DNA of 64,000 nucleotides from Candidatus Marinacidobacterales bacterium (GTDB lineage: Bacteria; Acidobacteriota; Vicinamibacteria; Marinacidobacterales; SMYC01). Position 1 is the stretch's first letter. Each line of letters begins with the position of its first letter. A program made the position numbers and the translations under genes. Positions 41,251 to 52,903 of this stretch are shown one piece after another. The stretch is from assembly GCA_965237955.1 (NCBI GenBank), contig OZ250169.1:5120001-5184000 (forward strand). Reading direction: 5' to 3'. The notes under the pieces were generated by a model that did no database searches, was not told where the DNA came from, and saw nothing but the letters and a program-made list of their open reading frames with translations.

Positions 41251-42915
41251 ATGAAACACCCGGCCCTGAGTGTAGTGTGGCTCGCGACCGCGGCGGCGGC
41301 GGCCGAGGGGCCGATTTTCACGGAAATCACACGGAAAGTCGGCATCGATTTCGTCCACGAGGCGGGCGCCGAAGGGAAGTACGTGCTTCCCGAGATCATG
41401 GGTGCGGGAGCGGCCTTTCTCGACGTCGAGGGCGACGGGGATCTGGACGTCTATCTCGTCCAGTCGGGCCCCCTTCCGGAATCGGGAGCGAGAGACCGAC
41501 CAGCGAATCGTCTCTTCCACCAGAACGATGATGGCTCTTTCACCGACATCACGGTGGACTCCGGGCTCGGAGATCGGGGTTATGGAACGGGAGTCGCGGT
41601 CGGGGATATCGACAACGACGGTCTCGTCGACGTCTACGGTGGGAAACTATGGGCCCGACGCTCTCTGCCGCAACGACGGTGGCGGCAAGTTCACCGAGGT
41701 GACGCGGCGGGCAGGCATCTCGGTTCCCACCTGGACGTCTTCCATGGTCTTTTGTGACTACGACGGGGACGGCTTCCTGGACCTCTATGTCACGAGCTAT
41801 GTGAGCCACGATGCTTCCAAGGCCTGCGTTCGCGGCGACGGCGCCCCCGACTACTGCAGCCCGCAGAGCTTTGCCTACGATCCGGATACCCTCTATCACA
41901 ACAACGGAGACGGGAGTTTCACCGACGTTTCGAAGAGCTCCGGTATCGGCCGTATCGACGCCCCCGGTCTCGGAGTCGTGTGCTCGGATCTCACCGGCGA
42001 TGGGCTTGTCGATTTCTACGTCGCCAACGACGGCGAGGCCAACCAGCTCTGGGAGAACCAGGGTGACGGGAAGTTCGCCGATGCGGCTATCCTGCTGGGC
42101 GCCGCTCTGAACGCCATGGGGCAGGCGGAAGCGAGCATGGGTGTAGCCCTCGGAGACGTGGACGGCGACGGCGATCTCGACCTCTTCATGACCCACCTGG
42201 AGAACCAGACCAACACCTTGTATCTGAACGACGGCCACTGAGGTTTCGAAGACGTGACCTCAGCTCGCGGTCTGGGCGCGCCCAGCGTCAAATTCACGGG
42301 TTTCGGAACGGCTTTCTTCGACTTCGACCACGACGGCGATCTCGACATCGTCGTCGTGAACGGTCGCGTGGCCTGGGCCGAATCGCTTCCCGGCGCGAGC
42401 GGCGACGAATACTGGGGTCCCTATGCGGAGCCGAATTTTCTGGTGGAGAACGACGGGCGGCGAAAATTCACGGACGCCAGTGAGCGTACAGGGGAGTTTG
42501 GACGGCTGGTCGAGGTGAGCCGCGGGCTCGCTCTCGGAGACGTCGACGGCGATGGTGATCTGGACCTGCTGATGACCCACACCGGCGGCCCGGCCCGACT
42601 CTTCCGAAATGACGCGGCGAAGGCGGGGAGCTGGCTTCTCGTTCGTACCGTTGAAGGCAAACGTGACGCCCACGGTGCCGTCGTTACCCTGCGTGCCGGC
42701 GGGAGAAGCATGACACGCGAACCGCCGACCCTGCTTACAGCTATCTCTCGAGCAACGATCCCCGCGCCCACTTCGCCGTCGTCGTCGCCGAGCGTTTCGA
42801 GGAGATTCTCGTGCGCTGGCCCGACGGCTCCGAGGAGAGCTTCTCAGGCGGTGCTTTGAACCGGATCCTGGTTGTCGAGAAGGGCACGGGAAAGAAGAGG
42901 CCTGGCTCGGAATGA
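41251..42915 (+). CDS. CRTAC1-family FG-GAP / ASPIC-UnbV protein, disrupted (frameshifts ~41640 and ~42720, in-frame TGA 42239-42241)
   Basis: Repeated DxDGDGDLD motifs; SRGLALGD; terminal SYLSSNDPRAHF..VRWPDG. Confidence 0.8.
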
Positions 42916-42919
42916 GAAA

Positions 42920-45080
42920 ATGAGGCGCACCGTCACGCTTGTGCTCGTCTTTCGAGCCGGGATCGCGCTCGCCTCGGAATCGAGCCACGAGAGGATGCTG
43001 TCGCTCCTGGCCGAGATCCGCGACCGTGCCCCGGAAGAGCATACGTACTTGAGCGATCGCGAGGCGCGGCGACTTGGGGCACGCCTGGCCGAAATGAAGC
43101 CGGGGGCGCTCGATCTCGTCCGCCTCGAGCTCCACCTGAAGCTCGGCGAGGAGGAGCAGCGCCTCGGGAACGAGACCGCCGCCATCGAGAGCTTGACCGC
43201 GGCCTATCGCCTGCTTCCACGGGTGAGGGAGGACGTGGCCAAAGAGTGGATCGTCAGGCTTCTCTTCCGTCTGGCAATGGCGCACCTCCGTTTGGGAGAG
43301 ACGCGGAACTGCGCCCTCACAACCTCTCCCGACGCCTGCATCCTTCCCATTCGAGGTGGCGGCATTCACGTGGACCCGGAGCCCTCGCGCGAAGCCATAC
43401 GATATTTCGCCGAGTGCCTCGAGGAGGCGCCTTTCGGATCGGACCCCTACCTCTCCGCGAGGTGGCTCATCAACATCGCCTACATGACGGTGGACGGCTA
43501 CCCGGACGACGTGCCACCCTCTTACCTCATCCCCGAAGAGCGCTTTGTGTCCGAGCTCGCCTTCCCGCGATTCGAGAACGTGGCTCTCGGCGCCGGCGTC
43601 GCCACGTTCAGCCTCGCAGGGGGTGCCATCGCCGAGGACTTCGATCTCGACGGCCATCTCGATCTCGTCGTCTCCACCGGCGATCCCGCGGGGCAGATGC
43701 GCCTGTTCATTAACGACGAGGAGGGCGGTTTCACCGGAGCGCACCCGTGAGGCCGGACTCGTTGGCTTGTTCGGCGGTTTGAACCTGGTTCAAGCCGACT
43801 ACGACAACGATGGAGACGTCGACGTGCTCGTGCTTCGGGGTGGGTGGATGGTGCGTGAGGGCAGGCATCCGAACTCGCTCCTCCGCAACAACGGTGACGG
43901 CAGCTTTACCGATATCACCTTCGACGTCGGGCTGGGTGAGGTGCACTTGCCCACGCAGACCGCCTCTTGGGGTGATTTCGACAACGACGGGGATCTCGAC
44001 CTCTACGTGGGTAACGAAACGACGCCCGAGCTTCGAGAGGCGCCGTGCCAGCTCTTTCGAAACGACGGAGGGTACTTTCGAGACGTGGCGGCGGCGGCAG
44101 GGGTTACGAACCGGCGGTTCACGAAGTCCGTCGTCTGGGGAGACTACGACGCCGACGGCTGGCTCGATCTCTACGTCTCCAACATCCACGGCGACAATCG
44201 GCTCTACCGCAACCGGGGCGACGGGCGTTTCACGGATGTGGCGCTGGATCTCGGCGTGGCGGACCCCCAAGTGAGCTTCCCCGCCTGGTTCTGGGATTTC
44301 GATAACGATGGCCATCTAGACCTCTACGTGACGTCCTATGACACGAGCATCGGGGATCTCGCGGGCGTCCACCTCGGCCTCGGCTTCTCGAAGGAGCTGG
44401 CCAAGCTCTACCGCGGTGATGGAGGAGGAGCCTTCGTCGATGTAGCCGAGAACCGCAACTTGACCATGCCGGCGGCCACCATGGGCTCCAACTTCGGCGA
44501 TCTGGACAATGACGGGTTCCTCGACTTCTACCTGGGTACGGGAGCGCCGCCCTACGAGGACCTCATGCCGAACGTGATGTATCTGAACCGGGAGGGCGAG
44601 CGCTTCTCCGACGTGAGCGCCGCGGGAGGCTTCTCTCACTTGCAGAAAGGCCACGGGGTCGTGTTCGCGGATCTCGACCACGACGGCGATCAGGACGTGT
44701 TCGAGCAGATGGGTGGCTTCTTCGCCGGGGACCGGTTCCACGACGCGCTCTACGAGAACCCGGGCTTCGGCAACCGCTGGCTCACGGTGGAGCTCTTCGG
44801 CGTCCAATCCAATCGCCTTGCGGTCGGCACGCGGCTCCGCGCTCGCATACGGGTAGGGGGAGGGAGCCTCGACGTGTACAAGCACGTCAACAGCGGTGGC
44901 ACCTTTGGCGCCAACTCCTTTCGTCAGACTCTGGGTCTCGGAGAGGCCGAGAGTCTTCTGGAGCTCGAGGTAGTCTGGGCGGGCTCCGGACGTCGTCAAA
45001 TCTTCACCGACATCCCGCTCGACAGCTTCGTCCAGATCCGCGAAGGCTGGTCCGAGCCCCGGCGCGTCTCGCTCCCTTAG
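42920..45080 (+). CDS. Second CRTAC1-family FG-GAP / ASPIC-UnbV protein (frameshift ~43740)
   Basis: ARWLINIAYMT; FG-GAP repeats; MGSNFGDLDNDG; HLQKGHGV; NSGGTFG..QTLGLG. Confidence 0.82.
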
Positions 45081-45179
45081 GGCCCTTAGCTTCGACCTGC
45101 GCTCGACCGGGCTTGCCTCCGGCGGTCGGGCACGGCTAACCTATTGGGGCAGAGAATGTTTTCATTGGAAGAAACGGCG

Positions 45180-47312
45180 ATGAGCGTTTCACGTTTCATG
45201 GGAGTCCCGCTGGTGCTCGCCCTCGCGACGAGTGCCGCCCTGGCCGCCGACGAGCGGGTGGAGCGGCTTCCCGAGGCGTACCGCGAGTGGCTCGAAGAGG
45301 AAGTCGTCTACATCATCACCAAGCGTGAGAAAAACGTCTTTCTCGACCTCACGACGATTCAGGAGCGGGATCGCTTCATCGAGTCCTTCTGGGACCGGCG
45401 CGATACCGACCCGGCGACGCTAGAGAACGAGTTCAAGGTCGAGCACTATCGGCGCCTGGACTACGCCAATACCGTCCTTGCCCGCGACGCCCCGCGGGCC
45501 GGCTGGAGGACGGATCGGGGTGAGTACTACATCATCCTGGGCAAGCCCCTCGAGATCCAGAGATACGACGGGGAGGCGGACGTGGTGGCGATCGAGATCT
45601 GGTTCTATATGGGGGATGCGAAGTACGGGCTACCCGGCCGATTCAACTTGATGTTCTTCAAGGAGAACGACATCGGCGAGTACACGCTTTATCATCCTCT
45701 GGGGGACGGCCCGGAGAGACTCCTGCGCGGAGGCTACGCGAACCAGCTCTTTCAGGTAAACCAGAATATCGCTATGGACATCCTCGAGGGCCTGTCTATC
45801 GATTTGGCGCGGGCCTCTCTGACCATCGACTTGACGGAGACGACGACGCAGTTTCTCAGCTACCGTAACTCCAGGGATCCCATTGAACTCAACGTTCGAC
45901 CTGCCATGAACGTAAACCGCACGCTCGCCGATATCATCGAATCGCCCATGCGGCGCGTCGACACCGAGTATCTGGATGGCTATCTCGAGTTCGGGGACCG
46001 GGTGTCGGCGGACTACAGCTTCAAGTACTTCGCCGTGGAGCACAGTGTGGCCGTCCTCTACGGGCCGAACCGAACGCCCTTCGTCCACTACGCCCTCGAG
46101 ATCGCTCCCGAGAAGTTCACCCTCGAGTCGGACCGCGACGAGACGAGGTATTACACGACCCTGGACGTCGACCTCCAGATTCGAGACGCGGAAGGTCGTC
46201 TGATGGCGACGGACCTCAACCAGCCGCTACTGCAGCTCAGTGCCAGCGATTTCCAGAAAGCCAATGGCTCTCCTTTCGGCTATCGGGACAACTACCCCGT
46301 TCTTCCCGGGGACTACAAAGTGAGCGTCGTCCTGAAGAATCGCGCGACCAAGGAGTACACGGCATTCGAGCGGGAGATCCACGTGCCCGCGGTCGAGCCC
46401 GGAAAGCCTTTCCTCGGAGAGATCGTTCTCGGCTACGGGAAGGGAATTGCCAGCACCCGTCCAGGTGGTCACTTGACCTATCAGCTCGGTGCCACGGAAG
46501 TCTATCCCGTCACGGAGGAGGCCTCCTTTCAAGTGTCCGCGAACGTGGAAGTGCTCGTTCAAGCCCTCGAGGTTCCGCCCGACTATAGCCTGCGCTACTC
46601 CATCCTCGGTCCCGAGGGAACGGTGAGCGAGGAGGAGCAACCCGTGGGAGATTCTGGGGACGCCGCGGCGAAAACGATGTCGCTTCTGGGTCTCGATGCC
46701 GGAAACTACGAGGTCCAAGTCGAGCTGGCGGATCAGGGAGGCTCGGTCGTGGCGACGCGCAAAGCCCCCTTTGTGGTGAGCCCTCGCACCGTCGTGCCCC
46801 GACCCGCTTTCGTCTATCGGCACAGCTTCAACGCCGGCGTTCCGGGCTTTCTGGACTTCACCCTGGGCAATCAGCTCATGGCCGCGGGCCGGACGGCCGA
46901 GGCCGAGGCAGCTCTCGAGCGGGCCGTCGCTTTCGACAATCCCGATCTCCCCATGGCCCGGTGGCGCCTCGCCAGCATGGTGCTCTTTTCGCGCGATGCG
47001 GATCGTGCGTTGGAGCTACTGCTGCCACTCGTAGACGCCCACCCCAACGAGTACGAGGTCGTCGAAGGCATCGGCTTTGCCTGGTACATCAAGCAGGACT
47101 ATGCCCAGGCGAAGGACTACCTCGAGCGCTCGGCGGGAATTCGAGCACCGGACACGAGCCTCTTGAATGCGGTCGGGGACTGCTACGAGCGCCTGGGTGA
47201 TAACGCCAAGGCCAGGGAGTACTACGAGCGCTCGCTCGAGCTCAACCCGCAGCAAGGGGGTGTGAAGGTACGGCTCGAAGGACTCGATAGCGCCGGTAGC
47301 GGGAGCCCTTAA
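45180..47312 (+). CDS. GWxTD domain protein with TPR
   Basis: WLEEEVVYII, FWDRRD, EHYRRLDYAN, GWRTDRG; C-terminal TPRs. Confidence 0.9.
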   Translation: MSVSRFMGVPLVLALATSAALAADERVERLPEAYREWLEEEVVYIITKREKNVFLDLTTIQERDRFIESFWDRRDTDPATLENEFKVEHYRRLDYANTVLARDAPRAGWRTDRGEYYIILGKPLEIQRYDGEADVVAIEIWFYMGDAKYGLPGRFNLMFFKENDIGEYTLYHPLGDGPERLLRGGYANQLFQVNQNIAMDILEGLSIDLARASLTIDLTETTTQFLSYRNSRDPIELNVRPAMNVNRTLADIIESPMRRVDTEYLDGYLEFGDRVSADYSFKYFAVEHSVAVLYGPNRTPFVHYALEIAPEKFTLESDRDETRYYTTLDVDLQIRDAEGRLMATDLNQPLLQLSASDFQKANGSPFGYRDNYPVLPGDYKVSVVLKNRATKEYTAFEREIHVPAVEPGKPFLGEIVLGYGKGIASTRPGGHLTYQLGATEVYPVTEEASFQVSANVEVLVQALEVPPDYSLRYSILGPEGTVSEEEQPVGDSGDAAAKTMSLLGLDAGNYEVQVELADQGGSVVATRKAPFVVSPRTVVPRPAFVYRHSFNAGVPGFLDFTLGNQLMAAGRTAEAEAALERAVAFDNPDLPMARWRLASMVLFSRDADRALELLLPLVDAHPNEYEVVEGIGFAWYIKQDYAQAKDYLERSAGIRAPDTSLLNAVGDCYERLGDNAKAREYYERSLELNPQQGGVKVRLEGLDSAGSGSP

Positions 47313-47383
47313 TCGAAGGTCAAGCGTTCGTTGGAGCTCAGACGGGACTGTTGCAAAGAGAACTACTGGGATCTCGTCGCGAG

Positions 47384-49051
47384 CTAGCGCGGAGGCGGCG
47401 AAACGAAAGCAGCCCCGCTCTCGTAGAGCGCGAGCCGCTCGCGCAAAAGCGCAACCAGCTCGTTGGCTCCAGCCGTTTCTGCAATCTCGATCGCTTTGAG
47501 TACGGCGTTTCGTGCCGTCTCCAAATCTCCGGAGGCAGCATAGGCGGCGCCGAGCGTATCGAGCATGATGGGGTTGTTGTAGCCGGTAGCGGCCGCTGCT
47601 CGCTCGGCGAGTCGCACCGCCTCCTTGGGCGCTCTCGAAGAGGGCTCGGGGTGCGTCGCGAGCACCCACGCGATGCCGTTGAGCACCATCGAATGATCCG
47701 GTGCCAGGCGATCCGCTTCACGAAAATGCTCGAGCGCTTCCGTCAATCGATTCAGTTGCCGCAGCGCCGAGCCCAGAGCGGCGTGGCCTTCGGCGAAACC
47801 AGCGCTGATGGCGAGAGCCCGTTCGTAGTGGGTCGTCGCTTGCTCATACGCGCCGCGCTCCGAAGCGACCTCGCCGAGATCGAAATGGGCCCGTTTCGCG
47901 TACCCACTGGAACGCGTCCTCGTGTCGCTCGAGCCCGAAGAAGATTTCCGCGAGCCCGAGTGCAAGGCGAGAGCGCTTTTCTTCGCCGAGCCTCGATCTC
48001 CCACCCGTTGCGGTAGAGAAGCTCGAGGTAGTTCAGGTCGTCACGTTGACGCGCGGAGCCGAGCGGCGGCCTGGCGCCTGGTACCCGAATCCAATGATCG
48101 GTGAACGTCATGCCATAGAAACCCTCCGACTCGTTCGTCATGTGGCAGCCGATGCAGTCTGATGCCGGTGTGACCTGCTCGTACTCGTGCGCGGAACCGG
48201 GCTCGGCGTGGCAACGCAAGCACGTTTCGCGGTATTGGACGTGATCGGCGGCAGCAGTGTTCCTATGCGGAGAGTGGCAGTCGGTGCATGTCAGTGTGCG
48301 ATCGCGCGGCGACGAGCGGAAGCATGCGCTCATCATCAAACCCGCCCCCGCGTGACGGGCGAGCTTCTTCGTGCGCCCGAGCACTTCGAGCGGCTCGAAG
48401 TCGATCGGTTGACGGTGGCACTGCGCGCAAAAACGTACCTGTGCGTGTCGGGTCAGTACCGTGGGGTTGAAGATCTTGGGTGTTCCCGGCGAGCCGTCTA
48501 CGGCAGCGTCGATATGCGTGCTTCCGGGGCCGTGGCATCGTTCGCATTGGATCCCGAATACGGACTGCGACGCGTCGAGCACGTCGTCTTGCCATGCGAT
48601 CGTGGTCGCGTGGCATGCGAGGCACTCCCGTGACTGTTCTACCGTCTTGAGGCTACCGAGGGGGTCGTCGATGTCGTCCGTGCCCGGTGTGCGGAACCAT
48701 GATCCGAGAATGACCGAGTAGGACAGCAGATGCTCGCGGATCGTGCGTCCGGGAGCGGCCCGGATCGGGGTGACGCCGTGGATTCCCGAGCCGAGGATGG
48801 CGGAAACGTCCTCGGGCCGTGGAATCACTTGGGAACCCGCGTCCGCCGGGATCGAGAAAAGCGGGTCGCGCGCTTTCGCACGACGCCCGGTGTGCGCCAT
48901 GTGGTGGGTCTTCTGTTGCTCAATGAGATCTTGGTGACATGCGCCGCAGCGTTCCGAGCCGACGTAAATCGGCGCGATAAGGAAGCGCGAGATTACCCAT
49001 CGCTTCGATGTCGACGCTTTGAGTGAGCACGAGCCATAGAAGCACCACCAT
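47384..49051 (-). CDS. Multiheme cytochrome c with C-terminal TPRs (several frameshifts)
   Basis: Signal-like MVVLLWLVL; seven CxxCH motifs (CGACH, CLACH, CERCH, CAQCH, CTDCH, CLRCH, CIGCH); TDHWI; TPR tail. Confidence 0.78.
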
Positions 49052-49108
49052 GACGAGTCAGGATAGCACTGTCGCCGTCGTGGTCATATAATCCCCGCGC
49101 ACTGGTAC

Positions 49109-49625
49109 ATGGAGCCATCGATGGAACGTAACTTTTGGGTAGGACTCGGCATCATCGCACTCGCGGTTGGCTGCGCGGCACCAGATCCCGAAAACGCCGC
49201 CGATCTCATCATCCACAACGGGCGTGTCTACACCTTTCACTGGGGCGAGCCCGCTCCGGACGGCACACCCGCTCCGGACGCGCCGCACTCCGAGAGCGGA
49301 TGGAGCCCGGACGCCGAGGCAGTCGCGGTCAAGGACGGCGCAATTCTTTTCGTCGGCTCGAGTGCCGACGTCGAGCAGTACCGGGGGAGCGAGACCGAAG
49401 TGATGGATGTCGGGGGTGCCACGGTATTGCCTGGTCTCATTGACTCCCACACGCATGTCGACGACCTCGGTAAGCTCGAGGTGCGGGTCAATTCTCATCG
49501 GTGTGGAGACCGAAGAGGAGGCCATCGACCCCCTCGTCGTGGGTGACGCTGAGCCCGGGCAACTGTTCGACGGGAATGTCGTCATGACCATCGTGGGCGG
49601 TAAACTCCTATACAAAGCGGAGTAG
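49109..49625 (+). pseudogene. YtcJ-like amidohydrolase with large internal deletion
   Basis: N-terminus to LPGLIDSHTH, then directly the C-terminal VVMTIVGGKLLY. Confidence 0.75.
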
Positions 49626-49628
49626 AGA

Positions 49629-50000
49629 ATGTCGAACACAAGAGTTCTTTTGTTGATGCTGGTGACTGCGTTGGTCTCCGCGGCCGCGACTCTGGTAGTA
49701 CAGGAGCAGCGTACGCGGCGCGAGCCCCAGTTCGAGAACGATCACGTCAAAGTGTGGAAGAGCATCATTCTTCCGAACCAGCCGTTACGTTTGCACCGTC
49801 ACGAGAACGGTCGTGCACTGATTGCACCCACCGATGGCGATCTAAAAGTCGTCAACGAAGCGGGGGAAACCGTCGATACCTACGAGTGGAAGGCCGGTAA
49901 GGCCTATTGGCTGGACAAAGATCCGCCCGAGGTTCTGCACGGCGATTTGAACGAAGGACCGGGCACGATCGAAGTGATCGTCGTCGAGCTCCAGAACTGA
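49629..50000 (+). CDS. Secreted cupin-like protein
   Basis: Signal; FENDHVKVW..LHRH..LHGDLN..IEVIVVEL. Confidence 0.7.
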   Translation: MSNTRVLLLMLVTALVSAAATLVVQEQRTRREPQFENDHVKVWKSIILPNQPLRLHRHENGRALIAPTDGDLKVVNEAGETVDTYEWKAGKAYWLDKDPPEVLHGDLNEGPGTIEVIVVELQN

Positions 50001-50097
50001 CGCTTTAGCGGCGCGTGTTGTCGGCCATAGATTCTAGAAGCCGCAGAAGGACACCCCCCTCACGCGATGGCGCGGGCAGCGTTGTCGCTTGCGGTGG

Positions 50098-51276
50098 TTA
50101 CGCAGCCTGTGCTTTGGCTGCGCTCAGGACCGTGTCGAAGACCTTGACCGCCCTCTGCATCTCGTCCATCGTGCCGATGGAGATGCGGCAGTGCGTCCAC
50201 AGCGGCGGGAACGGACGTCCCACGCGCACGCCTTCGGCGCGGCATGCCTTCTGGAAATCCTCGATCGGCATCTTGACGTCGACGAACATGAAGTTGGCCT
50301 GCGCGTCGGTGTCCTGGTAGCCGTGATCGTGGAACCACTTCCGCGTGAACGAGCGAGCTTCGCTGTTGCGCTTCTGCTCGTTGGGGATGAAGCTCGGATC
50401 TTTGGCGTCGCGCTCCAGCGCGGCGATGGCAGCCGCGTAGGTGAGGCTCGAGATCGCGTTGGCATGGTGGTACTTCGAGAGCTCCTTGATCGTGTCCTCG
50501 TGCGCGATGGCGTAGCCGACGCGGAGTCCAGCCATTCCGTAGGCTTTCGAGAACGTCCGCGCGACGATGAGGCGCGGCTCGTCGAGAGCTGCCTCGATCA
50601 TCGTCTTGTGGCCTGGAGTGGTCACATAGTCGATGTAGGCTTCGTCCACGAGGATGCGAAGGTCTTTGTTCATCTTGAGAACGCGCTTGATGAACTCGGG
50701 GCCTTCACTCGGGTTGACGAGCGACGCCACGGGGTTGTTCGGGTTGCAGTAAAAGAGCATCCCGGCACCCTTGCAGGCGTAGAACGTCTGGTCGAGATCC
50801 ATCGTGTACTCGCTAGTGAGCGGTACGGCCTTCGTCTTGTGGCCGACGAGAGCCGCATAGCCGAAGCACTCCTCATACGTCGGGAGCGAGCCCACGAGAG
50901 CGTGGCTGTTCGACGTATAGGTCTGCGTCGCGTCTACGAGGATCTGGGTCGAGCCAGCGCCGACGAGGACGTTCTCCGGCTTGACGTTCCACTTCACGGC
51001 GATGGCCTCGTTGAGCGGCGTCGCGAGGTCGAAGGGATAGCGTCCGGGCTTCTCGCCGTGCATGCCGAGGGCCGCCTCGATGCCGTTGAGCACCGGTTGT
51101 CCCGGTCCCATCGGGTTCTCGTTGGTGGCGAGGTTGATCACCTCGTCGACGGGGACTCCCGTCTCGGCAGCGAAAGCAAGGGACTCCTGCTTCCGCGTGC
51201 TGATGAGCGTCGCGGCATAGGCTCCTGCAGCACCGACGCCCAAAGTCTTCATGAAATTTCGTCGCGATTGCGACAT
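50098..51276 (-). CDS. Class I/II PLP aminotransferase (HisC-like) with Tat signal
   Basis: SRRNFMK; NENP; CNPNNP; DEAY; RTFSKAYGMAGLRVGY; RISIG. Confidence 0.9.
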   Translation of the reverse strand: MSQSRRNFMKTLGVGAAGAYAATLISTRKQESLAFAAETGVPVDEVINLATNENPMGPGQPVLNGIEAALGMHGEKPGRYPFDLATPLNEAIAVKWNVKPENVLVGAGSTQILVDATQTYTSNSHALVGSLPTYEECFGYAALVGHKTKAVPLTSEYTMDLDQTFYACKGAGMLFYCNPNNPVASLVNPSEGPEFIKRVLKMNKDLRILVDEAYIDYVTTPGHKTMIEAALDEPRLIVARTFSKAYGMAGLRVGYAIAHEDTIKELSKYHHANAISSLTYAAAIAALERDAKDPSFIPNEQKRNSEARSFTRKWFHDHGYQDTDAQANFMFVDVKMPIEDFQKACRAEGVRVGRPFPPLWTHCRISIGTMDEMQRAVKVFDTVLSAAKAQAA

Positions 51277-51328
51277 AGCAACCTCCTGAATCTGTTCTGA
51301 AAACTTGTCTCTAGACATTCGACTCGGT

Positions 51329-52522
51329 CTAGTCGTTGCTGCCCGAGCCGGCGTCGGTGGCCGAGATACCAAGCACTTCGCGGAACACTTCCGTGGCGCG
51401 TTTCATCTCGTCCATGGTGCCGAGCGAGATGCGAGCGTACTCCTTCTCGTATGGAGGGAAGTCGCGGCCCACGGTCACCTTGTGTTTCGCGCACCCTTCG
51501 CGAAAGGCCTTCGCGGTCATGTTGGTCTTCACGAAGATGAAGTTCGTCTGGCTATCGGTTGTCCAGTAGCCGTTGCTGCGGAAGAAGTCGAGCGTGTAGT
51601 CGCGAACGGCGGTGTTGCGCTCGACCTCTTTCTCCAGGTGAGCGGGATCGTCGAGAGTACCGGAGATCGCCGCGAGGCCGAGGATGTTGGTACCGAACGT
51701 GAGCATGTAGCCACGGATCTTCGCGGCCGTTTCCTTGGTCGCCAGCGCGTACCCTTGACGAAGCCCCGCCATGCCGTACGCCTTCGAGAACGTGCGTCCG
51801 AGGAGAACGTTTCTGTACTTCAGAGCGAGGTCGGCGCCGGTCTCGTACGCCGGATCGGTCACGTATTCGTTGTACGCCTCGTCCAGCAGAATGTACGTGA
51901 ACGGCGATTCCTTCACCACCCAGCGGACGAAATCGGTGATGGCGCGCTTGCTGTGCGCCGTGGCCGTGGGATTGTTCGGGTTACAGAGGAACACGAGGCC
52001 CGCACCGATGGCGGCTCCCGCCATCTTGTCGAGATCGAGGCCTAGATCGCCGGAGTTCGCGACCTTCTTGACTGGGAGGTCGAAGAGCTCGGCGGTCTCC
52101 ACCGGGGCTCCGTAGCTCAACTCGCCCGTCACCAGAGGACGATTCGGGCCGCAGAACGCGCGAACACAATTGCGCAGGACCTCTCCCGAGCCGGGGGCCA
52201 TGACGATGTTGTCCGCGGTCGCACCGTCGTACATCTTGGCGAGGCGCGCACGAATGTCGCGGTACTTGATCCGGCTGCTGATCGGATAGCGGTTCGACTG
52301 ATCGATGTTGTCCTTGATCGCCTGGATTGCGGACGATCCCGGTCCCAACGGATTCTCGTTGCTGCTGATGCGGATTTCGTCCACGTCGGCCGGCGGAATG
52401 AGCGCCACTTCTACAACGCCGAATTCCCCTTCCAAGGCCTCACGACCCCTGGCGGTGATCATCGCAGGGGAGGGGGCTCCTGGTCCTACAGTGCGCAAAA
52501 ACGCACGACGGGTAAACGTCAT
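51329..52522 (-). CDS. Class I/II PLP aminotransferase (HisC-like) with Tat-like motif
   Basis: TRRAFLR; SNENP; CNPNNPT; DEAY; RTFSKAYGMAGLRQGY. Confidence 0.9.
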   Translation of the reverse strand: MTFTRRAFLRTVGPGAPSPAMITARGREALEGEFGVVEVALIPPADVDEIRISSNENPLGPGSSAIQAIKDNIDQSNRYPISSRIKYRDIRARLAKMYDGATADNIVMAPGSGEVLRNCVRAFCGPNRPLVTGELSYGAPVETAELFDLPVKKVANSGDLGLDLDKMAGAAIGAGLVFLCNPNNPTATAHSKRAITDFVRWVVKESPFTYILLDEAYNEYVTDPAYETGADLALKYRNVLLGRTFSKAYGMAGLRQGYALATKETAAKIRGYMLTFGTNILGLAAISGTLDDPAHLEKEVERNTAVRDYTLDFFRSNGYWTTDSQTNFIFVKTNMTAKAFREGCAKHKVTVGRDFPPYEKEYARISLGTMDEMKRATEVFREVLGISATDAGSGSND

Positions 52523-52903
52523 GAGTTCCTCCTTAGTACTTGCTGAGTTGGTGGTGAAATGGTGGGAAACCCGGACCCGCTAAGTGGCAGACACTTAGTA
52601 TGGTGCGGGTGCATCCAGCTTCCTTACCTTCAGAGCCACACTAACTTACACTCCATGTGGGGGCAAAGCAAGCGAACAATGCCTGCTGACAAAGGGCGGG
52701 GCGAACGGGCAAAGTCCGCAGTTAGGGCTGCAAATGGCTGTCGGTAGGACGCTTGCGCTTACCGCCCTTGCCTCAGGTTCCGATCGGGCACGGGGCAGAA
52801 GCAAGGGCAGGGGAGTGAACGGGAAGGAGCGGGGACGGGCAGGGGCAGGGGCAGGGGACACCGAGTTGGAACTGGAGCTTCGGTGCGGCAAGATGGGTGA
52901 AGC

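Noticed and set aside
42239-42241. Selenocysteine or stop-codon recoding at the in-frame TGA
   Set aside because: The position is a turn in an FG-GAP repeat, the gene has other lesions, and TGA is used as a normal stop elsewhere in the window.
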